A stretch of DNA of 64,000 nucleotides from Eledone cirrhosa (taxonomy: Eukaryota), in contig OZ024746.1 in the NCBI GenBank assembly GCA_964016885.1, forward strand, positions 96,844,001-96,908,000, written 5' to 3'. Under the pieces are notes generated by a model that saw nothing but the letters and a program-made list of their open reading frames with translations, was not told the DNA's origin and ran no database searches. A program made the translations under genes and the position numbers. This document shows, piece by piece, positions 1 to 11,624 of this stretch. Within the stretch, counting starts at the first letter, position 1, and each line of letters starts with the position of its first letter.

Positions 1-144
1 CAACTATCTGGTCGTGGAACCAACCAACCAACCAACCAGAAATTTATAAATTCCTAAATTTATAAATTTATTATAATAAATTGAAGTGAAAGCAACTGGT
101 ACGTGTGTTTCTTATTGGCAACATGACCCTCCCAAAGTATAACA
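1..144. mobile_element. Right end of a TIR MITE (same family as 34504-34926), truncated by the window edge
   Basis: Closely similar to 34774-34926 (caactatctgg...ctcccaaagtataaca), followed by atat/(TA)n. Confidence 0.8.
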
Positions 145-986
145 ATATATATATATATATTTTATATATATATAAATATATATGAAATGAATTGGTAGGA
201 GTGTGTAAGAGATGGTCATAAAGTTGTAGGAATCTACTGCTCTCTTGCTTTGTTTTATCTATCTATAAGCATCAAACTAACAGAAATGGTTTTTGAATCC
301 TTTCTACTTTGTAGGATGATTTTATGTTATTTGATGTTCCTATTGCCTTTCACTGTGAATTAATAGTAAGAATGTTAATTAACTCCAATAATGATACAAA
401 TATTCAATAGGTTGGACAATTAAACTATCAAAATAGTCCCATGCTATCATGCTCACTATAATAAATGTAATGACATTTATCAGAACCCAATGTATCAATA
501 TGTTTCAAGTAGTAATTAAATAAGTGATAAAAGACTTATACTTTTATATTGCTTTGCATTATTCATCAATGGCTTGACAGAATTGTTAGAGCAATGTTTT
601 ATGGCATTTAATTATGGCTTTTTACATTCAAAGTTCAAATCTTGCTGAGGTCTTATTTACTTTTCTTTCTTCCAGGGTCGATACAATAAAGTAGCAGTCA
701 AATATTTGGGTTGATATAATTGTCTCCTCAAATCACTGACTTTATGCCTAAATTAGAAGCAATTATTCTTAATCTATTCCCTCAAGTCCCCAACATGTAG
801 TGTACTGTTTATTTTCTCCATGTCTTCTTGCTATGTTCATATTTACAATAAATTTCAATAATACAAAAGTAATTGTATAAGTAGATATATAAGTACATTA
901 AAAGCTGGTCAGAAATATATTATTAATCAATATTTTCAATAATTAATTAGTTTTTATTATGAAAAAATTGGTTTTTACTGTTGCAG

Positions 987-1072
987 CTATATATCGGAGC
1001 ATATCAACTGCCTCAAAACTGCTAACTGTGTAAATCAAGAGGTCCATGATAGATACAGTTTTTTTGAATGTG
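987..1072 (+). CDS. Cys-rich repeat gene, first exon seen in window (module exon B, copy 1): YISEHINCLKTANCVNQEVHDRYSFFEC
   Basis: ttgcag acceptor, G|gtaagt donor, 86 nt, phase 2 to 1, open frame; paralogous to exon 7098-7177. Confidence 0.8.
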
Positions 1073-1689
1073 GTAAGTCTTTCTCTTTTTAAATATTGTA
1101 ATTTGATTAAAAATTAATTGCACTAATAAGGAAATCAGCCAAAGCTAAACTAGCTACTTCTAAATTTGCAACTATTTAATGATTATGGTCAATGATACAG
1201 AATAAGAAGAGCTCAGCAAGTCAAGATAATAACATATGTTCCTGGTTGAAACTAGTTTATTTCAGTCACATTACTATGTCATTAGAAAATATCTAATTTA
1301 TATTTCCCCTAAAATGATGGGATCTAATCAAAAGATTGAATATGAGCTGGGATATTTATAATCTTAGTTAAATAAAAGATCATTATTAAACATTACAGTA
1401 ATGTACTGGGTAATTGCTGGCCTTGTGCCAAAAGTAGAAACAATTATTAAACATTACAATAGCTAAACAATATTGACTCTTTAGCTTAGGATCAAGAAAT
1501 TAAAAGTGAGAGGAAATAAGATGATAAAACATGACTTTCTCATGGATGAAGTGGATTCAACAGAAAATGGAATCTGGATCATGACTATAGCCCGTGAAAT
1601 TGCTCCACAAGTTAAACCTTACAATTACTATAGATTTCTTATAGAGGACACATACATTCTTAACATAGCTAGGACCCTATGACTGTTCC

Positions 1690-2120
1690 ATCCCTTCAGA
1701 GACAGAAATAGGCTCAAGTGAAACCGAGAATGGAGTACTACTCCCACATCTGGGATGGTGCTGTTGCTACACATACAGATATGCTAGAGCACATCCAGAG
1801 AAAAGCTACACAGCTAGATAGTATAAAGTTCCTCACAAACTTTCTCTATTCTCTGGCACTCAGATGTCGCTGCAATGGTCTATTCTCCTTAGAACTTGCT
1901 GGTTTCAAGCCACTTTCTCTCAGACAGTTCTAACTTACACATCTCTTCTCTTCCCATCACCCATGTTATCTTCAACTCCGTAGATACCACACTAATTATT
2001 ACACCAAGTCCTTCCTACCCAGAATGTCGACCATCTGGAACTCCCTCCCTGTTCATGTCTTTACCAAAGTATTAAAACTGTAACAGTTTAAGTAGAACAT
2101 TAAATGCATCAATCTCTCTA
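1690..2120 (+). mobile_element. Decayed 3' part of a CR1/L2-group LINE ORF2
   Basis: AQVKPRMEYYSHIWDGA..LEHIQRKA and later SFLPRMSTIWNSLP resemble post-RT LINE motifs; frameshifted. Confidence 0.65.
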
Positions 2121-2126
2121 GTCTTC

Positions 2127-2615
2127 AGGGGTCAATGAAGACCATGGGAACTGTCTCTCCCCTTCATATCTGGTCTCTGAGGGTCAGTGAAGACTATGGG
2201 AACTGTCTCTCCCCTTCATATCTGGTCTCTGAGGGTCAGTGAAGCCCATGGAAACTGTCTCTCCCCTTCATATCTGGTCTCTGAGGGTCAGTGAAGACTA
2301 TGGAAACTGTCTCTCCCCTTCATATCTGGTCTCTGAGGGCTAGTGAAGACTATGGGAACTGTCTCTCCCCTTCATATCTGGTCTCTGAGGGCTAGTGAAG
2401 ACTATGGGAACTGTCTCTCCCCTTCATATCTGGTCTTTGAGGGTCAGTGAAGACTATGGGAACTGTCTCTCCCCTTCATATCTGGTCTCTGAGGGCTAGT
2501 GAAGACTATGGGAACTGTCTCTCCCCTTCATATCTGGTCTCTGAGGGTCAGTGAAGACTATAGGAACTTTCTCTCCCCTTCATATCTGGTCTCTGAGAGC
2601 TAGTGAAGACTATGG
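2127..2615. repeat. 52-bp minisatellite, ~9 copies
   Basis: Unit gagggtcagtgaagactatgggaactgtctctccccttcatatctggtctct recurs at 2179, 2231 etc. Confidence 0.95.
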
Positions 2616-2764
2616 CCATTGATCTCTTTATATAGACCTGCCAATTAAAATAAATGAATAATTTCAGTAATTGAACAGTTGAAATATGTGAAATATGTTA
2701 AAATTAGTCTTAATTATTTTGTTGTTATTTACCTTTTCTCACTCCTCTCAATTTGTATTTGTAG

Positions 2765-2849
2765 GTAGCAGCTGTGATGGTGTTGCAGCAAAACCTTGTA
2801 CGGATAATTTAAAAGAGACAGTAAACAGCACCAGGCAAGAACAATGCAG
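2765..2849 (+). CDS. Cys-rich repeat gene, module exon A: GSSCDGVAAKPCTDNLKETVNSTRQEQC(S)
   Basis: tttgtag acceptor, CAG|gtaaat donor, 85 nt, phase 1 to 2, joins both neighbours in frame. Confidence 0.8.
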
Positions 2850-3428
2850 GTAAATTTATAAAACTATCTTTGAAAATTATCATATACAAGCCTAAAAGAA
2901 TGTGACAAGTGCACCCAATTCCACAGTAGCAGCACTATTCGATCCTTACACCTCCAAATTAAAGAGCACATCAACACCAACTCCTATTTCTTCTACAAAC
3001 ATCAAATGCTGAGACAGAGACAGTAAAATAATCACCACCATCTTGGCTACTGAGCGCAGTACTGAGAATCAATGAAGGCACACCTGATTAAGAAACTAAA
3101 GTCTCCCATTAATAACAGAATGGAAAGAAATGTGGCACAATGTCTTATCTAACTTGTCCAACCTAAATATACCATCATGCCAGCATCCCAGTTGTCCATT
3201 CTAATAAACATTCCTTTCCTAGCCTAATTTGGCCTGACAAATGCTAGCAGCAGATAAATTCCTTATTGGCTTTGAATGGTTAGCTAGCAGACAAAGAATG
3301 CTTCAGACCAACAATGCTTACACACCTTTACACTTTTATGTCTGAAAAATGTGTTCTTCACTACACATACACACATACACACATGCATATATATACATAC
3401 TCACATACTCACACATGTTGCTACACAC

Positions 3429-3631
3429 AAACAGAGCGGTTGCCGGTCCAGCAAAAATTAAGTATTAGTATTGGTGCTCTGAAATAGCGATGTACACCAG
3501 AATTTATGTACAGTATATTTGGCAGTATTCTGTATCTTTAATTAAAAATATTTTGAAGACCATTCCCTATGAGTTTTAAAGAGCACCAATACTAATACCT
3601 AATTTTTGCTTGACCGACAACTGCTCTGTTT
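3429..3631. mobile_element. MITE with ~50-bp terminal inverted repeats
   Basis: aaacagagcggttgccggtccagcaaaaattaagtattagtattggtgctct ... agagcaccaatactaatacctaatttttgcttgaccgacaactgctctgttt; related partial sequence at ~3780-3915. Confidence 0.75.
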
Positions 3632-5022
3632 AATCAGCTCTTAAATATTACTGGAATTCTATAAGAATCCAGCTTCTATAATTCTCTACAGAAGCAAAGG
3701 AGTGAGAGGTCTTGATAAACGCTAACAAGTGAGAAACAGGACTGTCGATCACTCTCTTTTGCTTTTGTTGAGAATAAGTAATTGACATAGTCACTACTTT
3801 AAAACTCATAGCAAATGGTCTTCAAAATGTTTTTAATTAAACATACAGTATATTCCCAAATATAATATATATACATTCATGTATACATTGCTATTTCAGA
3901 ACACCAATACTAATATATATATGTGTGTGTTTGAAAACATACACAGAGTTTTAACACCTGGTGGAGGTAGAGAGAGGTACTCACAAGACATAATGTGTCT
4001 AGAGCATTTTATACGTGGTGGAGTATATCACTTTCCAGATCTGAAGACAACTGATTTCTTCCAGAGAATGAGAGAGCAAGACAATTAATAAAGAAATATA
4101 AAGCCAGAATCGATCTCAGGACACCATTTATCAATCTCAAAAGATGAAAGTCAAAATTGATCTTAATGGCATTTGTTATGAGAGCATTGATATCTGAAAC
4201 AAATACTGCAAAACATTCTATTCAACATCCTAATGATTCTGCCAATTGATAAAATAATAAAATATGTATCAGTCAAATGATGGGAAATAGCAGAATCTAA
4301 TTTCTATTCATTCATTTCTTTGACTGCATTTCTTATTGAAGAGTAAAAATTTAGATTCTTTTAAATGCAAGGATATGAAGAAAATATTGTGAGTTATATC
4401 AACCACAACATGTCCCGTCCTGCTGGCGCCCAGCTAGGTATACCGCCATTTTATCTTTTCAAGAAGCCCCCCTCCACTCCTGTGCAAAGACCCCGCACGC
4501 CCTCTCAAGTCACATTGTCATTGTCAGTACGTATCAGGGGGCGGGGAGCTATTGGTGACTAATTTCTGATGCATGAAAAATACCACCACAACCAGTGGAA
4601 TGCTCAATGACCATAATCACTCGATTCCGTGGTAAAAGTTACAACTGTGGTGTTGGACCATTAGTTTTGCCACAATCCTGCTATTGTCGCACTGGTTGTG
4701 AGGGCTTTCTAAAAGGTCTGATGCAGGGCTACCACCAGGTACTATCTGGCTGGGCCTTCTAGTTTAATGTAGTGGCAACTAACATAGCAAGGAAGACAGT
4801 GGTGATTTCAGCTGAATGCATCAACATGCTGCTTCATGCTCCCTGTTGTTACCAGTATGACCCTCACTGACCTATATTTCCCCTCCAGTAAACATGCCCA
4901 TCTCTTCTTTCTATGTAAGTCTGGATGAAATGCTAGTGGCAAGTGTGTGGTTTTCAATAACAGATACGTTCCTTCACTATCTTCCGACTACAAAGCTAAG
5001 GAGGGAAAGCTATTGTGGTGAC

Positions 5023-6146
5023 TCACTGCTCTTGAGACTGAGCTGATCGAATGGCTCTCGCAGGAGTCCTCATCTGCTGAAGGCGAGACTGGCGTTCCTC
5101 TTCAGAGTGACCTGCTCCACTGGCTCTTGCAGGAGTCCTCATCTGCTGAAGGTGAGACTGGCGTTCCTCTTCAGAGTGACCTGCTCCACTGGCTCTTGCA
5201 GGAGTCCTCATCTGCTGAAGGTGAGACTGGCGTTCCTCTTCAGAGTGACCTGCTCCACTGGCTCTTGCAGGAGTCCTCATCTGCTGAAGGTGAGACTGGC
5301 GTTCCTCTTCAGAGTGACCTGCTCCACTGGCTCTTGCAGGAGTCCTCATCTGCTGAAGGTGAGACTGGCGTTCCTCTTCAGAGTGACCTGCTCCACTGGC
5401 TCTTGCAGGAGTCCTCATCTGCTGAAGGTGAGACTGGCGTTCCTCTTGAGACTGGCCTGCTCCACTGGCTCTCGCATGAGTCCTCATCTGCTGAGGGTGA
5501 GACTGGCGTTCCTCTTCAGAGTGACCTGCTCCACTGGCTCTCGCATGAGTCCTCATCTGCTGAAGGTGAGACTGGCGTTCCTCTTGAGACTGGCCTGCTC
5601 CACTGGCTCTCGCATGAGTCCTCATCTGCTGAAGGTGAGACTGGCGTTCCTCTTGAGACTGGCCTGCTCCACTGGCTCTCGCATGAGTCCTCATCTGCTG
5701 AAGGTGAGACTGGCGTTCCTCTTGAGACTGGCCTGCTCCACTGGCTCTTGCAGGAGTCCTCATCTGCTGAAGGCAAGACTGGCATTCCTCTTCAGAGTGA
5801 CCTGCTCCACTGGCTCTTGCAGGAGTCCTCATCTGCTGAAGGTGAGACTGGCGTTCCTCTTCAGAGTGACCTGCTCCACTGGCTCTCGCATGAGTCTTCA
5901 TCTGCTGAAGGTGAGACTGGCGCTCCTCTTGAGACTGGCCTGCTCCACTGGCTCTTGCAGGAGTCCTCATCTGCTGAAGGTGAGACTGGCGTTCCTCTTC
6001 AGAGTGACCTGCTCCACTGGCTCTTGCAGGAGTCCTCATCTGCTGAAGGCGTCGTTCGTGATCATATTCAGACTCTGCTGCTCTAGTAACATTTTTTCTT
6101 GTGGAAAATCGGATCTAGCGGACAGGCCGGACTTTTTGGGTGGCAT
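5023..6146 (-). pseudogene. Probable Helitron Rep/Hel N-terminal remnant with expanded 23-aa (69-bp) STPR-like repeats, ~14 copies
   Basis: MPPKKSGLSAR start, frameshift, then (MRTPARASGAGHSEEERQSHLQQ)n; 69-bp period seen directly; no Rep or helicase motifs seen downstream. Confidence 0.55.
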
Positions 6147-6472
6147 ATCGGCAGTAACAATGATTGTTCGAACAGGGTCATGTTTGCTCTTTATATAGGT
6201 GTTATTCAGGGGAGGGTGATGCATAGAAATCGAATAACCAATCAAGTTATGAGGGGTCAATCATGACTGATAGTGATTGGCTTCAGTTAAAATGTGTTTG
6301 CACGCGCGTGTGACAAAAGGTCAAAGGGGGCATTGTGTTGTTTAGTAAGATTGGTGGTGCTAAACTGTATGCCAGCTACATGGGAAGATGAGAAAGGCCA
6401 GCTCTATCGATTTCATTCAATAAATCCACCATTGGTGTGTTCTACGGCATCCATATATATATATATATATAT

Positions 6473-7042
6473 ATAGCTGACGTACCTAGCTTCGCTTGGA
6501 TAAACAGGCGATAAGCCGTCTGTGGTTTCATACAGGCGAACTAAATGTAAACAAATCGCTGCGTAGTTAACAAAATAAATACAATGTTTATATTTTATTT
6601 TTGTAGTTCTGTTTTCCGGTGTATTTTGTGTTTCTGTATGCAAAATATTTGTACACGAATATATAATTATATATATATAATTAATTAAAAGTTGGTTACA
6701 AGCGAAGTCAATGCAGACAGCCAGACATACAGACAGATATTATAAGCGCGCGACGTTATAGCTATGTATCTATCTAAAAAGACAGAGTAAAAGAGAGAGA
6801 GTAATGTCATATATATATTATATATAATAAAGTACCAGTAATGTACTCCTCACTTTACATACGGCCGTAGGCTTTATTAATCTAGATAGAGATTGACAAT
6901 ATACACAGAAATTTAGTAGACAAAAATACCCTCACTGTCTCCCTTGGAAAACGTTACATCTATGGTGCAAATTTGGTGCCGTCTGGTCCAGCCGTTTGGC
7001 CAAAAGTTTGTTACATACGGCCGTCAGCTTTACTAATATAGA
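6473..7042 (-). mobile_element. Non-autonomous Helitron-like element
   Basis: Minus-strand 5' TCTATATTAGTAAAG start; 3' end ccaagcgaagctaggtacgtcagCTA(T) resembles the end of 43353-43995. Confidence 0.6.
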
Positions 7043-7097
7043 TTTCTACACATCATTGTATTTTGTTAATTATTATGTCATTATTTTCTCTTTCTAG

Positions 7098-7177
7098 CTA
7101 TTATAAACAAATACGTAGCTGTCATGAGGATAACAGATGTAATACAGATGACGAATATTATAAATTTCTGGAGTGTG
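7098..7177 (+). CDS. Cys-rich repeat gene, module exon B, copy 2: (S)YYKQIRSCHEDNRCNTDDEYYKFLEC
   Basis: Polypyrimidine tract + tag acceptor, G|gtaagc donor, 80 nt, phase 2 to 1; same C TAT start and TGT G end, and similar Cys spacing, as 987-1072. Confidence 0.8.
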
Positions 7178-7202
7178 GTAAGCAATTGATTTCTTCTTAT
7201 GC

Positions 7203-9764
7203 AACTGTAGCCTCTCTCTACTGTCCAGTGTACATCTGTAGCCTATCTCTACTGTCCAGTGTACATCTGTAGCCTATCTCTACTGTCCAGTGTACATCTG
7301 TAGCCAATCTCTACTGTCCAGTGTACATCTGTAGCCTATCTCTACTGTCCAGTGTACATCTGTAGCCTATCTCTACTGTCCAGTGTACATCTGTAGCCTC
7401 TCTCTACTGTCCAGTGTACATCTGTAGCCTATCTCTACTGTCCAGTGTACATCTGTAGCCTATCTCTACTGTCCAGTGTACATCTGTAGCCTCTCTCTAC
7501 TGTCCAGTGTACATCTGTAGCCTATCTCTACTGTCCAGTGTACATCTGTAGCCTATCTTTACTGTCCAGTGTACATCTATAGCCTATCTCTACTGTCCAG
7601 TGTACATCTGTAGCCTATCTCTACTGTCCAGTGTACATCTGTAGCCTATCTCTACTGTCCAGTGTACATCTGTAGCCTATCTCTACTGTCCAGTGTACAT
7701 CTGTAGCCTCTCTCTACTGTCCAGTGTACATCTGTAGCCTAACTCTACTGTCCAGTGTACATCTGTAGCCTCTCTCTACTGTCCAGTGTACATCTGTAGC
7801 CTATCTCTACTGTCCAGTGTACATCTGTAGCCTCTCTCTACTGTCCAGTGTACATCTGCAGCCTATCTCTACTGTCCAGTGTACATCTGTAGCCTATCTT
7901 TACTGTCCAGTGTACATCTGTAGCCTATCTCTACTGTCCAGTGTACATCTGTAGCCTATCTCTACTGTCCAGTGTACATCTGTAGCCTATCTCTACTGTC
8001 CAGTGTACATCTGTAGCCTCTCTCTACTGTCCAGTGTACATCTGTAGCCTAACTCTACTGTCCAGTGTACATCTGTAGCCTCTCTCTACTGTCCAGTGTA
8101 CATCTGTAGCCTATCTCTACTGTCCAGTGTACATCTGTAGCCTATCTCTACTGTCCAGTGTACATCTGTAGTCAATCTCTACTGTCCAGTGTACATCTGT
8201 AGCCTATCTCTACTGTCCAGTGTACATCTGTAGCCTATCTCTACTGTCCAGTGTACATCTGTAGCCTATCTCTACTGTCCAGTGTACATCTGTAGCCTCT
8301 CTCTACTGTCCAGTGTACATCTGTAGCCTATCTCTACTGTCCAGTGTACATCTGTAGCCTATCTCTACTGTCCAGTGTACATCTGTAGCCTCTCTCTACT
8401 GTCCAGTGTACATCTGTAGCCTATCTCTACTGTCCAGTGTACATCTGTAGCCTATCTTTACTGTCCAGTGTACATCTGTAGCCTATTTCTACTGTCCAGT
8501 GTACATCTGTAGCCTATCTCTACTGTCCAGTGTACATCTGTAGCCTCTCTCTACTGTCTAGTGTACATCTGTAGCCTCTCTCTACTGTCCAGTGTACATC
8601 TGTAGCCTCTCTCTACTGTCCAGTGTACATCTGTAGCCTCTCTCTACTGTCCAGTGTACATCTGTAGCCTATCTCTACTGTCCAGTGTACATCTGTAGTC
8701 TATCTCTACTGTACAGTGTACATCTGTAGCCTATTTCTACTGTCCAGTGTACATCTGTAGCCTCTCTCTACTGTACAGTGTACATCTGTAGCCTATCTCT
8801 ACTGTCCAGTGTATATCTGTAGCCTATCTCTACTGTCCAGTGTACAACTGTAGCCTGTCTCTACTGTCCAGTGTACATCTGTAGCCTCTCTCTACTGTCC
8901 AGTGTACATCTGTAGCCTATCTCTACTGTTCAGTGTACATCTGTAGCCTATCTTTACTGTCCAGTGTACATCTGTAGCCTCTCTCTATTGTCCAGAGTAC
9001 ATCTGTAGCCTCTCTCTACTGTCCAGTGTACATCTGTAGCCTATCTCTACTGCCCAGTGTACATCTGTAGCCTCTCTCTACTGTACAGTGTACATCTGTA
9101 GCCTCTCTCTACTGTCCAGTGTACATCTGTAGCCTGTCTCTACTGTCCAGTGTACATCTGTAGCCTCTCTCTACTGTCCAGTGTACATCTGTAGCCTATC
9201 TTTACTGTCCAGTGTACATCTGTAGCCTGTCTCTACTGTCCAGTATACATCTGTAGCCTATATTTACTGTCCAGTGTACATCTGTAGCCTCTCTCTACTG
9301 TACAGTGTACATCTGTAGCCTGTCTCTACTGTCCAGTGTACATCTGTAGCCTCTCTCTACTGTCCAGTGTACATCTGTAGCCTATCTTTACTGTCCAGTG
9401 TACATCTGTAGCCTATCTTTACTGTCCAGTGTACATCTGTAGCCTCTCCCTACTGTACAGTGTACATCTGTAGCCTGTCTCTACTGTCCAGTGTACATCT
9501 GTAGCCTCTCTCTACTGTCCAGTGTACATCTGTAGCCTATCCATACTGTCAGTGTACATCTGTAGCCTCTCTCTACTGCCAAATGTACATCTGTAGCCTC
9601 TCTTTATTATCCAGTCGACATCTATAGCCTCACTTTACTGTCCAGTGTACATCTGTAGCCTCTCTTTACTGTCCAGTGTACATCTGTAGCCTCACTCTAC
9701 TGTACAGTGTACATCTGTAGCCTCTCTTTACTGTCCAGTGTACAACTGTAGCCTATCTCTACTG
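7203..9764. repeat. 31-bp satellite array, ~82 copies
   Basis: Unit ctgtagcctatctctactgtccagtgtacat; period 31 (7207, 7238...); more degenerate at the right end. Confidence 0.97.
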
Positions 9765-10425
9765 GAATACTGACTGATTTACAGGTGTATCTATAGCTCA
9801 ATGCAGTTACACAGAGTTATTATCCATCAATGGGTTACACAGAGTTATTATACATTAAGATTTAAAGCATTTTCAAATTGACAACTGTTTCTACCTTTAG
9901 AGAGTGACAGGTTTCATCAGAGTGTATTAAAACACTATTAATTCATATAAAAAATCATTAGGAACATCACAAACATAAAATCACTTTAATGTTTTTCTGT
10001 GTGAATTAATAGTAATAGTTTTAATAAACTCCTATGAAAGTTGTGGCTCTATACATCTAGAAACAGATGTCAGTTTAAAATTGCTTTAAATCTTTGGTGT
10101 CATTTAAATTTTAATGTATTTATTGTGGGTGATCCCATTATTAGGAGGATCAAGCCAGTTAGCTGTGTTGGGAGCTATATTGCTCATAGTGGAACCATGT
10201 CTTTGGTTGGGATTTCATGGCTGCTGCATGCCTTTCCTAAGCACATATTTTATATATATATATATACAATACACTTTACACATATATATACACACATATA
10301 TAAAAGACACACACACACGCACACACACAATGAAATACCAATGACGGTTGGCAAATCACTGATGAGGGACTAATTTTATAATATGTAATCCATGTGCAAC
10401 CATGCAGTATTCTTCTCCCCTTGTT

Positions 10426-10464
<39 letters not shown>

Positions 10465-10635
10465 CACTAGCTGTTGCCCGATATAGGTTTGTTATTTTTA
10501 TTGATTTATTACTTTAAATCGAGTCAGGCAAACCATATTGTTTTAAATCAGTATTTTTTCAACCTAGCTAACTTGGTCATTTACAATTAGAACACATGTA
10601 TACTTGTATCAGTGTTCCTCCCTCTCATATATTCA

Positions 10636-10677
<42 letters not shown>

Positions 10678-10695
10678 CAATTGAATATATATATA

Positions 10696-11035
10696 TCATC
10701 ATCATCATCATCATTTTACGTCCGCTTTTCCTTGCTTGCAAGGGTGGGACGGGAACTGATTCTGGCTTGATTTCTACAGCTGGATGCCCTTCCTAACACC
10801 AACCTCATCTACAGTGAGTGCTGGGTGCTTTTTTTCTGTGGCACCTCCACGTCCACTTTACAGTGGAATGATAGGGACCCCAATCTCATCATCTCATTTC
10901 TACAGCTGACTAAACGGGAGCAATGTGAAATAAAGTGTCTTGCTCAAGGAAACAACAGATCACCCGGTCTGAGAATTGAACTTACAACCTTTTGAGTACA
11001 AGGCCAATGCTCTAACCATTAAGCCACGTGCCTAT
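10696..11035 (-). mobile_element. SINE family B with (GAT)n tail; other copies at 40478-40823 (+), 50131-50440 (-), partial at 57525-57790 and 59750-59990
   Basis: Shared core ctggatgcccttcctaacaccaacc, tRNA-like head with gttcaattc B-box-like motif, (CAT)n on + strand. Confidence 0.8.
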
Positions 11036-11280
11036 ATATATGCCCATACATTACAAATCCATACATATAACATATATAAAGATATATATACATATATATA
11101 TCTATATATTATATTACATATATGCCCACATCTGCTCCATGCAGTTGTTTTTAATCAGTTACTGACTTCCTTCATGTGTTACCTTCACTAGGGTTTGTGG
11201 AGCCCACGTCTTCACCCTAACCATAACTTTACTTTACTTGGGGAAACAGCGGCCCCCAGAATAACAATCGATGTTGGCGG

Positions 11281-11570
11281 TGTTACAGGGGAGGTGAGTG
11301 AGTAAAGACAGAGAAGGAGAGGTTGAGGGGGTAGGAGAGGTGAGTGGGGGAAAGAGAGAGGTGGGGCGGTTAGCGTAGGTGAGTGAGTAAAGACAGAGAG
11401 GGAGGGGTTGGGGGAGGTGATGGGGAGGTGAGTGGGGGAAAGAGGTAGGTGGGGCGGTTCGGGGAGGGGAGTGAGTAAAGACAGAGAGGGAGAGGTTGGG
11501 GCGGGGGTAGGAGAGGTGAGTGGGGGAAAGAGAGAGGTTGGGGGAGGTGATGGGGAAAGAGAGGTGGAGA
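11281..11570. repeat. Purine/G-rich degenerate tandem repeat
   Basis: Recurrent gagtgagtaaagacagagagggag and ggtgagtgggggaaagag motifs. Confidence 0.8.
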
Positions 11571-11624
11571 TATTGTGGAAATGAGGAAGGATAGAAGGCA
11601 ATGTCAGCTAAAACTACCAACTAG

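Noticed and set aside
315-365. Possible extra exon (ttgtag...ATA|gtaag) of the Cys-rich gene
   Set aside because: The frame compatible with exon 987 contains TAA and it lacks the module Cys pattern
5107-6198. Long plus-strand ORFs of 363 and 319 aa
   Set aside because: By-products of a stop-free 69-bp repeat; only the minus frame has a plausible protein context
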